Source of the DNA: a bacterium
Lineage (GTDB): Bacteria; Patescibacteriota; Patescibacteriia; UBA10025
Reading direction: 5' to 3'
Length of the DNA: 64,000 nt
Assembly: GCA_021815445.1 (NCBI GenBank)
Contig: JAKAGM010000001.1
Location: 403,710-467,709 of the forward strand
Below, piece after piece: positions 1-9,451 of the stretch (the stretch's first letter is position 1; each line of letters opens with the position of its first letter). A program made the position numbers and the translations under genes. The notes under the pieces are model-generated. The model made no database searches, was not told the origin of the DNA, and saw only the letters and a list, made by a program, of their open reading frames with translations.

Positions 1-771
1 GAGAGCGCCGGTGTGAGAAGCGACAGCTGCCGCAGCGGCTTCAGTTCTGCCCGCTTTTATGACGATAATCGGCAACCTTCGCGCGACACGCGCCGCTTCC
101 CTGAGAAATGCCCGCCCGTTACGTATATCTTCCAGATACATCAGGACCACTTTTGTCGCCGGGTCTGCGGCAAGATACCGCAGGACATCGCACTCATTGA
201 CGACAGCTTTATTGCCGAGACTGATCAAATACCTGAAACCCAATCCTGACGAGCTCGCCCAGTCGGCGATAGCTACCGCCATGGCGCCTGACTGCGATAT
301 GATGCTCACGTTGCCTGTCCTGGGAAGCCCCTGGGCAAACGACGCGTTGAGTTTGAGCGAAGGAGCGATAAAGCCCAGGCAGTTCGGGCCAAGGAGCGCC
401 ATGCGTGGTTTTGCGGCGTACAGGGCCATCTGCTCTTCCCATTTCATGCCGATACCGCCGATTTCACGGAAGCCCGCGGATATGATGCTCGCAGCAGGTA
501 TCCCGGAACGCGAAAGATCTCGCACAATCTGCGGTACCGTCGGAGCTGGCGTTGCGATAATAACCAAATCAGGACGGCGAGGAAGGAGTCCCACCGTGGG
601 ATATGCCCGTTCGCCCTCCACTTCCGTCTCATGAAGATTAATCGGGTATACGGTCCCTGAATAACCAAAATCGCGGCAATTTCGGAAGATAATATTGCCT
701 AATTTTGTTCTATCAGTTGACGCCCCTACGACAGCTATAGAACGGGGGGCAAAGAGCGCATGAAGATTCAT
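1..771 (-). CDS. ADP-forming acetate/acyl-CoA ligase (CoA-binding protein), N-terminal part; runs off the window edge
   Basis: Not in the ORF track. Manual translation from ATG 771 gives MNLHALFAPRSIAVVGAS...VYPIN...DLVIIATPA...IISAGFRE...LLGPNCLG...ISQSGA...ISLGNK...YLE...IKAGRT...SHTGAL, the typical ACD/succinyl-CoA-ligase-like motifs. Confidence 0.9.
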   Translation of the reverse strand, partial: MNLHALFAPRSIAVVGASTDRTKLGNIIFRNCRDFGYSGTVYPINLHETEVEGERAYPTVGLLPRRPDLVIIATPAPTVPQIVRDLSRSGIPAASIISAGFREIGGIGMKWEEQMALYAAKPRMALLGPNCLGFIAPSLKLNASFAQGLPRTGNVSIISQSGAMAVAIADWASSSGLGFRYLISLGNKAVVNECDVLRYLAADPATKVVLMYLEDIRNGRAFLREAARVARRLPIIVIKAGRTEAAAAAVASHTGAL

Positions 772-786
772 GGTAGATGCGAAATG

Positions 787-2373
787 TTAAGTTAACAGAT
801 TCCTGCCTGTCATTTCTTCCGGTACCGGCAGCTTCATGAGCTGAAGCATCGTCACAGTTACATCGGAGAGGATGCCCACAGGGGGCAACGCGGAAAGGTC
901 ATCATCCTGGATAAAATCCTTATACGGCGTATTGCCCCTGAATTGCTCGCCTATAATGTAGAACGGCACGGGATTCACCGTGTGCTCCTTGTCCAATTCA
1001 CCCGTCTGGAGGTTGACCTTAGATTCGGCATTCCCGTGGTCTGCGGTAATAAAAAGGATGCCTTCCCGCGGAAGGATTTCCTTCATTATTTTTCCGATGC
1101 ATTCATCCACGATTTGCACGGCGGCTACCGTGGCTTCAAGGTTGCCCGTGTGGCCGACCATGTCTGCGTTGGCAAAATTGACGACGGTAAATGAATATTT
1201 GTCTTTCTGCATCTCTTCAAGCAGTCGTTTCGTCACTTCGCGGGCGCTCATTTCCGGCTTTTCAGCATACGAGGACACCCGCGGTGACGGAATAAGGATA
1301 TTGTCCTGGCCGGCAAAAGGCTCTTCGCGACCGCCGTTGAAAAAATACGTGACATGGGCATATTTCTCCGTTTCTGAAATATGGAGCTGTTTCAGCTTCG
1401 CGTCGGATACCACTTTCGAAAACGGCGTGACGATATATTCCGGAGGAAACGCCACCTTAACGGGAAGGTCCTTGTCATATTCGGTCATCGTGACAAAAAA
1501 GAGATGGGGGAAATACTTTTCGCGGTGAAATTTGTCAAAACTTGGAAGAGTGAACGCCTTAGTCAGCTGGCGGGCACGGTCAGGACGGAAGTTGAAGAAA
1601 ATGACGGCGTCCTTGTCCTGGATTGTCGCCACGGGTTTCCCGCCGTGCATAATGACCGTCGGCACAAATTCCTCGTCATAATTCGCCTTCGCATAGCTGT
1701 CCTTGATTGCTTGTGCCGCTGTATCCGCAGTACGGTCCGCTTTGCCCTCGGTCATGGCGACAAAAGCCTGCTCGATGCGATCCCAACGGTTATCGCGATC
1801 CATGGCGTAATACCTGCCCGAGAGTGTTGCAATCTCGCCGACGCCGATCTCTTTGATTTTCTGATTGAGCTTTTTAATAAAAACTTCCGCGCTGTTTCGT
1901 GGTGTGTCGCGACCGTCTAAGATAGCGTGGATGTATACTTCCTTGATTTTCGCTTTCTTGGCAAGCTCAAGGAGCGCGAAGAGATGATCGATGGAACTGT
2001 GAACCCCGCCCGAAGAAACGAGTCCGAGAAGGTGAAGCCGCGATGAATGCTTGCGCACGTGCGCAACAGCCGCTTGCAACACGGTATTAGTGAAAAAAGA
2101 ATCATCGGAAATTGCCTTGGTAATCCTGGGCATATCCTGATAGACAATCCTCCCCGCCCCCAAATTAAGATGCCCGACTTCCGAATTTCCCATTTCTCCC
2201 CACGGCAATCCGACGGCTTCTCCCGATGCCTGCACAGCCAGCGTCGGGAAGTTCTTTGGCAAGCTTTTGATGGTCGGGGTAGACGCGCTTGTTATAGCAT
2301 TTCCCCTGCCGGGCGGCGCTATTCCCCAGCCGTCAAGGATGGCGAGTACTACTGGTTTGATTTTGTGATGCAT
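787..2373 (-). CDS. gpmI: 2,3-bisphosphoglycerate-independent phosphoglycerate mutase, copy 1
   Basis: ILDGWG, GNSEVGH (catalytic Ser), GRYYAMDRD, FNFRPDR, ETEKYAHVT, NADMVGH, TADHGN. Confidence 0.97.
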   Translation of the reverse strand: MHHKIKPVVLAILDGWGIAPPGRGNAITSASTPTIKSLPKNFPTLAVQASGEAVGLPWGEMGNSEVGHLNLGAGRIVYQDMPRITKAISDDSFFTNTVLQAAVAHVRKHSSRLHLLGLVSSGGVHSSIDHLFALLELAKKAKIKEVYIHAILDGRDTPRNSAEVFIKKLNQKIKEIGVGEIATLSGRYYAMDRDNRWDRIEQAFVAMTEGKADRTADTAAQAIKDSYAKANYDEEFVPTVIMHGGKPVATIQDKDAVIFFNFRPDRARQLTKAFTLPSFDKFHREKYFPHLFFVTMTEYDKDLPVKVAFPPEYIVTPFSKVVSDAKLKQLHISETEKYAHVTYFFNGGREEPFAGQDNILIPSPRVSSYAEKPEMSAREVTKRLLEEMQKDKYSFTVVNFANADMVGHTGNLEATVAAVQIVDECIGKIMKEILPREGILFITADHGNAESKVNLQTGELDKEHTVNPVPFYIIGEQFRGNTPYKDFIQDDDLSALPPVGILSDVTVTMLQLMKLPVPEEMTGRNLLT

Positions 2374-3911
2374 AGGCTTTGAGAAGTCATGTCGGGAGGT
2401 TTGGGGATGCCTACGACATCGAGAATAGTCGGAGCGATGTTGGCAAGCACACCTTTCGGCTGCAGGGCATAGCGCTGCACGTCGTCGCCTGTCATGATGA
2501 AGGGAACAGGATTATGCGAATGCGAAGTGTTAATTTCCCCAGTTTGCAGATTCATCATATAGTCGGCGTTTCCGTGGTCCGCGGTAATGAAAAGGACGCC
2601 TTTCTTCCGGCGGACCATCGCCTCTATTCGCCCCATGCAGAAGTCTAGGTATTCCACTGCCTGCACAGCCGCAGGTATGTCACCCGTATGCCCGACCATA
2701 TCGGCATTCGGATAGTTCATTACTATGATATCATATCTGTCGTTTTCTAGGCTGGAGAGGACAAAATCGGTCAAATCGAGCGAGCTCATCTCGGGCTTCT
2801 GGACATACGAGTACAGCCGCGGCGATTGGATAATGACGCGCTCTTCGCCGGCAACGGGGCTCGGATATCCTCCGTTGAGGAAGTACGTCACATGGGCGTA
2901 TTTCTCGCTCTCTGAAATATAGAGCTGGCGCCAGGAACCGAAGACAAAAGGGAGGGTATTCACGACGCGACGGAAAGGATACGCGCACCGCACCCCGGGG
3001 AGGTCGGGACCGTAATCGGTAAGCGTCACAAACGCTATGTTGCTGAGAATCTTTTTTCTCTCGAATCCCGTGAATTCTTCTTTTTGCAGAAAAGCTTTAG
3101 AGATTTCCCTGACACGGTCGGATCGTATGTTAAAGAAAATAATGCCGTCATTGTTGTTGATGAGCTGGACAGGCTCCCCGTCTTTGCAAATGACTGTCGG
3201 ATGGATATATTCATCGTTTTCTCCCCGGTTATACGCCTGCGTGATCGCATCCTGCGCTGACGGGGCGTTCCAGCCTTTCCCCTCAACCATGGCTTCGTAC
3301 GCAAGTTTGACCCTCCCCCACTCCTTCACGCGATCCATGGCGTAAAAGCGGCCGATAACCGTTGCAATTTTCTCATCACCCAGGAAATGCTTTTGAAGTT
3401 TCTCGATAAACTTCGTGGCGCCATGCGGAGAAGAATCCCGGCCGTCAGTGAAAAGATGGAGAAAAACTTTTTTTATTTGGTACCCCGCCAGGAGCTGGAG
3501 AAGGGCGTGGAGGTGTTCGGGGTACGCGTGCGCGCTTTGGTCGCCGGTGAGGAGGCCCGCAAGGTGCATCGACGAGTTATTTTTCTTTACATGCTCGACG
3601 GCATAGAGAAAAGCCGGATTCCGGAAAAATGACCCGTCATTGATTCTATGGGAGATTTCGATGGCATCCTGCTCGACAATGCGACCTGCGCCTATATTCA
3701 TGTGGCCTGCTTCGGAGTTTCCCGTCTGGCCTGACGGTAATCCCACCGCGCGGCCCGAAGCCTGGAGCGTGCTGTGCGGGTTAGAGGACCAGAGCCGGTC
3801 GAACACCGGCGTCCGAGCAAGCGACACAGCGTTGTTCCGTTTCTTGAGGCCAATACCCCACCCGTCAAGTATGATGAGAACGACGGGTTTGCACTTGAGA
3901 GAAGGCGTCAT
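2349..3911 (-). CDS. gpmI: 2,3-bisphosphoglycerate-independent phosphoglycerate mutase, copy 2
   Basis: ILDGWG, GNSEAGH, GRFYAMDR, ESEKYAHVT, NADMVGH, TADHGN; overlaps copy 1 by 25 bp. Confidence 0.96.
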   Translation of the reverse strand: MTPSLKCKPVVLIILDGWGIGLKKRNNAVSLARTPVFDRLWSSNPHSTLQASGRAVGLPSGQTGNSEAGHMNIGAGRIVEQDAIEISHRINDGSFFRNPAFLYAVEHVKKNNSSMHLAGLLTGDQSAHAYPEHLHALLQLLAGYQIKKVFLHLFTDGRDSSPHGATKFIEKLQKHFLGDEKIATVIGRFYAMDRVKEWGRVKLAYEAMVEGKGWNAPSAQDAITQAYNRGENDEYIHPTVICKDGEPVQLINNNDGIIFFNIRSDRVREISKAFLQKEEFTGFERKKILSNIAFVTLTDYGPDLPGVRCAYPFRRVVNTLPFVFGSWRQLYISESEKYAHVTYFLNGGYPSPVAGEERVIIQSPRLYSYVQKPEMSSLDLTDFVLSSLENDRYDIIVMNYPNADMVGHTGDIPAAVQAVEYLDFCMGRIEAMVRRKKGVLFITADHGNADYMMNLQTGEINTSHSHNPVPFIMTGDDVQRYALQPKGVLANIAPTILDVVGIPKPPDMTSQSLCITKSNQ

Positions 3912-5170
3912 AGCGTCGCAATCTGCTCTTCGATAGCCACCAGCCTGTTATATTTCGCCAGACGCTCGCCCCTGGAGAGAGATCCTGCTTTGAGATATTC
4001 TGCGCCAGTCCCGACGGCGAGGTCCGCAATAGTCGTATCGCAGGTTTCGCCGGAACGGTGTGAGATGACGACTGTGTACCTGTGCTGCTTCGCCAGCTTA
4101 ATGCAGTCCATCGTTTCGGTGAGGGACCCGATTTGGTTCACTTTGATGAGGATTGCGTTTGCGACGGACTGCTTGATGCCCTCACCGAGGCGTTTCGTAC
4201 TCGTTACAAAAAGGTCGTCACCTACCAGGAGGCAGGATTTGCCCATGCGTTCCGTGAGCAGTTTCCATCCTTCCCAATCGTCTTCCGCTAATCCGTCTTC
4301 GATGGACATCAGATGGTATTTGTCGCGCCATTCATCCAGCAAACTGATAAATTGGGTTGAAGCGAGCTTCCGCTTTTCCGAAGTGAGGATGTAGCTTTTT
4401 TCTTTCGCGTCATAGAATTCCGACGCCGCAGCGTCGATGCCGAGACTCACGTCTTTGTCAATGCGGTATCCCGACAATGAGATTGACTCAAGTATTTTTT
4501 CGAATGCCTCATGGTCATTATCCAGCCGCGGGGCATAGCCGCCTTCGTCGCCGACGAGAGTTGAATGTCTCGTACTGAGGAGCTCGCCAAGTTTGTGAAA
4601 AATCTCGGATCCCATCCGCAGATTTTCCGAAAACACTTTTTTTCTGGGAATCAAAAGGTATTCCTGGATTTCCATCCCGTTGTCGGCATGGCGGCCGCCG
4701 TTGAATATATTCATCATGGGGTAAGGTACGCGGAATTTCTTTGAGGGGAACTTAAACGTGTCGGCGAGATAGCGATAGAGCGGGGTATCCGAGGCCCGGG
4801 CCGCTGCATGCGCCACGGCAAGTGAGATGCTTAGGATCGCATTTGCCCCGAGCCGGGATTTATTTTCAGTGCCGTCGCATTCGAGAAGCGCCGCATCGAT
4901 CCCCCGCTGGTCATAGGCATCCTTGCCTTTGACAGCCTCAAAAAGTTCGCCGCGGACATTGCCGACAGCTGTAAGCACCCCTTTGCCTCCGTACCTTTTA
5001 GGGTCCTTGTCGCGAAGTTCGAGCGCCTCATGGACTCCCGTCGAGGCGCCGCTGGGGACCGACGCGCATCCTTTCGTGCCGTTTGAAAGCACCGCAACAG
5101 TCTGCACGGTCGGGTTTCCCCGTGAATCAAGTATCTCTCTGGCGTGGAGCGAAGAAATGGTGTGTTTCAT
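3908..5170 (-). CDS. eno: enolase
   Basis: REILDSRGNPT, VPSGASTG, GDEGG, VGDDL, SHRSGET; start set at MKHT (5170). Confidence 0.97.
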   Translation of the reverse strand: MKHTISSLHAREILDSRGNPTVQTVAVLSNGTKGCASVPSGASTGVHEALELRDKDPKRYGGKGVLTAVGNVRGELFEAVKGKDAYDQRGIDAALLECDGTENKSRLGANAILSISLAVAHAAARASDTPLYRYLADTFKFPSKKFRVPYPMMNIFNGGRHADNGMEIQEYLLIPRKKVFSENLRMGSEIFHKLGELLSTRHSTLVGDEGGYAPRLDNDHEAFEKILESISLSGYRIDKDVSLGIDAAASEFYDAKEKSYILTSEKRKLASTQFISLLDEWRDKYHLMSIEDGLAEDDWEGWKLLTERMGKSCLLVGDDLFVTSTKRLGEGIKQSVANAILIKVNQIGSLTETMDCIKLAKQHRYTVVISHRSGETCDTTIADLAVGTGAEYLKAGSLSRGERLAKYNRLVAIEEQIATL

Positions 5171-5180
5171 AGTAAGAAAA

Positions 5181-6371
5181 CTAGGTGATGCGAAGCGGCT
5201 CGATGCCCGGCAACGTGCCGTATTCGATGAAATCAAGCATGGCCCCTCCTCCCATGGACACAAACGACATTTTTGACTCGAGCCCCAACCGTCGTATCGA
5301 GGCGACCGTCTCGCCTCCGCCGACTATCGTCCGGCCGTCGATTCTCCCCATGCACTCCGCGATGGCATCGGTTCCGCGGGAAAACTTTTTGAGTTCAAAA
5401 TACCCCATGGGTCCGTTCCAAATGGTGGTTTTGGCGCTTTCAAGTATTTCTTCAAAAAGAGTGATGGTGTCAGGACCGATGTCGAGGATTTTTTCGTCTT
5501 CCTTGACCTTCCCCACAGCCCGCGTGTGCACAGCCGCGGCTTCCGACGCTTCGTGCGCGACGACAACGTCAATGGGGATATGGAGGCGATTGTCAGTCAA
5601 TACAAACTCGGATGTCATTGCAACCATTTTTTCCTCAATGAGCGACGTACCGACTTGGATCCCTTTTGCGCGGAGGATGGTGTTCGCAAGCGCTCCGCCG
5701 AGCAGGAGGTAATCCACTTTTTTGAGAAGCGATTTGATCACGCCCATCTTGGACGATATTTTCGCCCCGCCGATCACGCCGACAAACGGCCGCTGGGGAT
5801 CAGTCATGGCGGCGCTTAATTCCTTGACCTCCCGGGCGAGACCGGGACCCGCGTAGCTCGGAAGATATTTAGGTATGCCTACAATGGATGCTACTGCGCG
5901 GTGCGACTGTCCGAAAGCGTCGTTGATGAAAAGGTCGCCGTTTTTTGCCAATTCTTTGGCGAACGAATCGTCATAATATTCCTCATCTTTTTCTCCGGGA
6001 TGGAAACGGACGTTTTCTAAAAGCGTCACCGATCCGCTTGGGGCTTGAGAAATCGCTTTTTGGATTTTTTTCCCCACACAGTCATCCAGGAAGTTTACCG
6101 GCATTGCGAGCAGCTCGGCAAGGCGTTTGCCGACAGGCGCCATGCTCATCTCTTTGACCACCTTGCCGCGGGGACGCTGAAGCCAAGAGAGGAGGACCAC
6201 TTTTGCACCCCGTGAAACGAGGTCGCGGATCGCGGGAATGACTGCCTGGAGGCGGGCATCGTCATCAACCTTGAGCTCTCCGCCGGCATCCACGAAATGG
6301 ACGTCCAGCGTGGCACGCAGGATGACCCTCTTGTTGCTGACGTTGACATGTTCTGCCGTTCGCAGGCGCAT
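5181..6371 (-). CDS. pgk: phosphoglycerate kinase (divergent N-terminal motifs)
   Basis: LLENVRF, NDAFG..HR, GGAKISSK, DIGP, WNGPMG.FE, GGGET, SMGGGA. Confidence 0.93.
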   Translation of the reverse strand: MRLRTAEHVNVSNKRVILRATLDVHFVDAGGELKVDDDARLQAVIPAIRDLVSRGAKVVLLSWLQRPRGKVVKEMSMAPVGKRLAELLAMPVNFLDDCVGKKIQKAISQAPSGSVTLLENVRFHPGEKDEEYYDDSFAKELAKNGDLFINDAFGQSHRAVASIVGIPKYLPSYAGPGLAREVKELSAAMTDPQRPFVGVIGGAKISSKMGVIKSLLKKVDYLLLGGALANTILRAKGIQVGTSLIEEKMVAMTSEFVLTDNRLHIPIDVVVAHEASEAAAVHTRAVGKVKEDEKILDIGPDTITLFEEILESAKTTIWNGPMGYFELKKFSRGTDAIAECMGRIDGRTIVGGGETVASIRRLGLESKMSFVSMGGGAMLDFIEYGTLPGIEPLRIT

Positions 6372-6386
6372 GAGCGTATGTACAGA

Positions 6387-6983
6387 TTATTTTGCGGTTC
6401 CGTGGGCGAGCTTGAATGATATCGGCGGATATACCTGGTGAAGACTGACGACACTGGCATTGATCATCTGGCGTCCGGCATTTTTTTGGGCGAGCGCCCC
6501 GACAGCGTGGTCATCGAGCGAAAAATCAACGCGGTACATTTTTGACGGACTATGCTCGCTGGCGTTCGGTTCCAGCCAGATTTTCATCAGCATGACGTTG
6601 AGACCGGGTTTCCACACAGCCCTTCTCTCCCTCGAATCGACAAACTCGATTCCCTCATGCGCTTCGTTGATCACACGGATAGGGACGATATGGGCCTTTG
6701 CGCCGATGTACGGGTTGCCGAAATCCTCTATGAACTGCCGGGGTATATACTGCCCTTCGCTGTTAATGACGATCCTCATCTTATTGATGACCGTGGCGCT
6801 TTTACGCGAGGTAAAGTCGCATTTCATCTGCACCGCCACGCCGGCAGAGTCAGGAATAACGGCAATTTTCTCGCCGATAGAAACGTCGACATCAGGCCGA
6901 TGAACGAAGAGTATCCGTGACAGGATAATAATCACTGCGACGAAGAAAACACCGCCTACTATAAACGTGATGCCTATGTGCAT
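6387..6983 (-). CDS. hypothetical protein with N-terminal membrane anchor
   Basis: 198-aa ORF with a hydrophobic N-terminus, co-oriented with pgk. Confidence 0.7.
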   Translation of the reverse strand: MHIGITFIVGGVFFVAVIIILSRILFVHRPDVDVSIGEKIAVIPDSAGVAVQMKCDFTSRKSATVINKMRIVINSEGQYIPRQFIEDFGNPYIGAKAHIVPIRVINEAHEGIEFVDSRERRAVWKPGLNVMLMKIWLEPNASEHSPSKMYRVDFSLDDHAVGALAQKNAGRQMINASVVSLHQVYPPISFKLAHGTAK

Positions 6984-7049
6984 AGAAAAAAATGAAAAGG
7001 AGGGCTTTGAACCCTCTTAGTATACCATTTTTTCGGATAAACTTCAAAC

Positions 7050-7595
7050 TTACCCGACGATGTTTTCTCCGCTCGGAGCCGCCGGCCGGGCCGCCGGATT
7101 GACGTACCTGCGGCGAATCACCAGCGTACGCGCCATTTTGTCATGCCATCCCTGCCTGCGCTTGTCAAAAAGAATCCAGAGGTAGCCGATGCCGAGTCCC
7201 AGCGTGGAGATGAAGCGTCCGACTATCTCGCGAATAATGACGTCGCGGAACACGAGGGATATATCTTCTTCCCTCACAATGCGCAGCCCGAGTATCAGTT
7301 TTCCCATTGACGCCGCTTTTGTTTTGACCAATATAACATTCGCAATAATCATGAGCGGGTAAAGGCCGAAAAAAAGGACCAGTGAAATACCGGCGAAGAG
7401 CCAGAGTGACGGGATAATCTGTGGAACCTGCGAAGCCGGCAATGTGGAAAAATTAAGCGGCGTTCCCGTGGCGCGATGTGCGACGTAGATGATACCGTAT
7501 GTGCCCGTAAGTAAAAAAAACGGCGCGTTGTCTATAACGCCGGCGACCAGACGCTTCCACAGCGGTGCGAGTTCTCCTGTATCGAAAGCTGGCAT
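7050..7595 (-). CDS. RDD family membrane protein
   Basis: APLWKRLVAGVID...SMGK..LGLRIV...R...WHDKMART. Confidence 0.9.
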   Translation of the reverse strand: MPAFDTGELAPLWKRLVAGVIDNAPFFLLTGTYGIIYVAHRATGTPLNFSTLPASQVPQIIPSLWLFAGISLVLFFGLYPLMIIANVILVKTKAASMGKLILGLRIVREEDISLVFRDVIIREIVGRFISTLGLGIGYLWILFDKRRQGWHDKMARTLVIRRRYVNPAARPAAPSGENIVG

Positions 7596-7621
7596 AAAGT
7601 CGAATATGCAGGGCAAGGGAT

Positions 7622-8359
7622 CTACTCCGGCGCGGGCGTACTCTCAACTGTTTCAGGAAGAAGTTTGAACGTGGTCAAAATGGTGGCAGTTTCCTTGTAG
7701 CGGTCTCCCAATCCTTTTGCCCGGTCCAAGCTACTCGCCCGCCCGCCAAAAATCATGTTGTCCCGCGAGCTGAGAAGAACCCACGAGCTTTTCACCTTGT
7801 CCCAGTTTGCCGGACTGAAGACGCCGACTTCAAAAAAAACTACGCCCGTGTCGGTGTCGGTGAGCGTCTTGGGATATTCAAAGTGAAAATAATTATAGAT
7901 ATACTCGTCCTTCGTCCCTTTATCGACCTGCTGGGCGCTCGTAGTGACGTTGTATCCTTTCCACGCCGGAGGAATCTTGAGCGTGAAGTTGTACACGTCG
8001 TTGGTATAGAGCGTCCATGTAGAAGTATCAACCTCGGCAGGATTGTTCCCGTGTATTGTCGGCGCCGTATTCGTTTTGTGGTTCATCTGGTTGAGGATGA
8101 GCACTATCGCCGCAAAGAAAACTATGGTAGCGCCGGCAAGGATGTGCCGAGCGGTAATGCGTCGTGTCTTTACCGGCTTTTTTCCCGGAGCAGGCAGGAG
8201 TACTTGGGGTTGGACAAGAGCTTCCTGCTTACGGACGGCTACCGGGGGTTGAATATCTTTGTGGTCCGTTGGAACGGCTTGAGGCATCTCAGCCCGATGC
8301 CGGGTATGCGCCTTCATCCTGTGAGCTGCCGGCTTTCGATGTGTTTTTGGTGCGGCCAT
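7622..8359 (-). CDS. membrane-anchored exported protein (PsbP-like C-terminal domain)
   Basis: Basic/disordered N-terminus, one TM helix, then WTLYTNDVYNFTLKIPPAW; start uncertain (8359 or 8416). Confidence 0.65.
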   Translation of the reverse strand: MAAPKTHRKPAAHRMKAHTRHRAEMPQAVPTDHKDIQPPVAVRKQEALVQPQVLLPAPGKKPVKTRRITARHILAGATIVFFAAIVLILNQMNHKTNTAPTIHGNNPAEVDTSTWTLYTNDVYNFTLKIPPAWKGYNVTTSAQQVDKGTKDEYIYNYFHFEYPKTLTDTDTGVVFFEVGVFSPANWDKVKSSWVLLSSRDNMIFGGRASSLDRAKGLGDRYKETATILTTFKLLPETVESTPAPE

Positions 8360-8469
8360 AGGTTGATCTTGACAAAAGTATTTGGTGGGATAGACTTGTG
8401 TATGCATGGAAGGCACCTAGTGCCATTCGTGCACGGGAAACGACCATCGGCCCACGATGGTTGTTTTCG

Positions 8470-9345
8470 CTATTCGCCGTTAGTACCGTTAGTATTCTCG
8501 CCGGCTTGATTCGTATTTTGGTTTACCGGGGAAATACCGGAAGGATTGTCCTCCACGGCCTTTATTTTTGATTTGATATCTTGGAAAACTCCGCGCTCAT
8601 TGAGTTTCTCCTTGATCTGGAGTTCGAGATCCCCGCCTTGGTCAAGATGAGTTTGCAGCCGCGCGCGAAGCTGCTGCGCTTCCTGCGTGCCCTGCATCTG
8701 CTGCACGGCGTTCTCTAATCCCTTGGAGGATTGCTCCATTGCATTCAGTATGCCCGCTTTGGCCTGCTCGGGAACTTTTGCGTAAATGTTGTTGAGCACG
8801 TCCTGCTGGCGCTGCTGGGTAATCTCAAGTTTCTGCACGAGGTCATCGGCGTTTTTTCCCTGCGCCTTCGCCTTCTCGACACGGGCGTTCATCCCGTCAA
8901 GTGCGGACTTGAATTGTGAGAGGTGTTGTTGCGCGAGGTCGGCTTTCCCTTTTTCAACAAGCTTCTGGGCTTCGGCGACCCGCTTCAGCGCGAACGTGTT
9001 CTCCAGCTCGGCTTTGTGCGCGCTGTCGAAAGTAAACGTAAGCTGGATCTTTTCCCACCAGCCCTTGAGGAAATACCATTTGGAATCAGGCAGGATGCCT
9101 GGATTGCTGACGATGCTGTCCGCGGCCTGACGGGCGGCGTCGAGCGCTTGCGACGGAGATGTCGACGTACTCGTCACTTCTACCTCGCCGTTGGCATCGG
9201 CCTGCACAGCCAGCGGCTGTACGTTAATAATTGCCGTATCGGCATTTGAATCAACGCCCGTATTGAGATTGACGTCAGTAGCATGCGCAGCGAAAGGAAC
9301 TATCGCGGCGAAGGTAATTATGAATATGAGATTCCGTGGCTTCAT
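8470..9345 (-). CDS. secreted DUF5667-type protein
   Basis: Signal peptide; PGILPDSKWYFLKGWWEKI..F.F...K......A.KRV.EA; helical repeats. Confidence 0.8.
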   Translation of the reverse strand: MKPRNLIFIITFAAIVPFAAHATDVNLNTGVDSNADTAIINVQPLAVQADANGEVEVTSTSTSPSQALDAARQAADSIVSNPGILPDSKWYFLKGWWEKIQLTFTFDSAHKAELENTFALKRVAEAQKLVEKGKADLAQQHLSQFKSALDGMNARVEKAKAQGKNADDLVQKLEITQQRQQDVLNNIYAKVPEQAKAGILNAMEQSSKGLENAVQQMQGTQEAQQLRARLQTHLDQGGDLELQIKEKLNERGVFQDIKSKIKAVEDNPSGISPVNQNTNQAGENTNGTNGE

Positions 9346-9451
9346 TTGAGCGTTGCTCTTTACATTGTTAACCTGTCTAGCAGTATACTACAAAATGTAG
9401 TATGCGTTCAAACACCCTTTCGCCGTCCTCCAAATCTGCTTGCCACGGTGT

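Noticed and set aside
59-634. 191-aa plus-strand ORF
   Set aside because: Shadow of the minus-strand acyl-CoA ligase that runs off the window edge.
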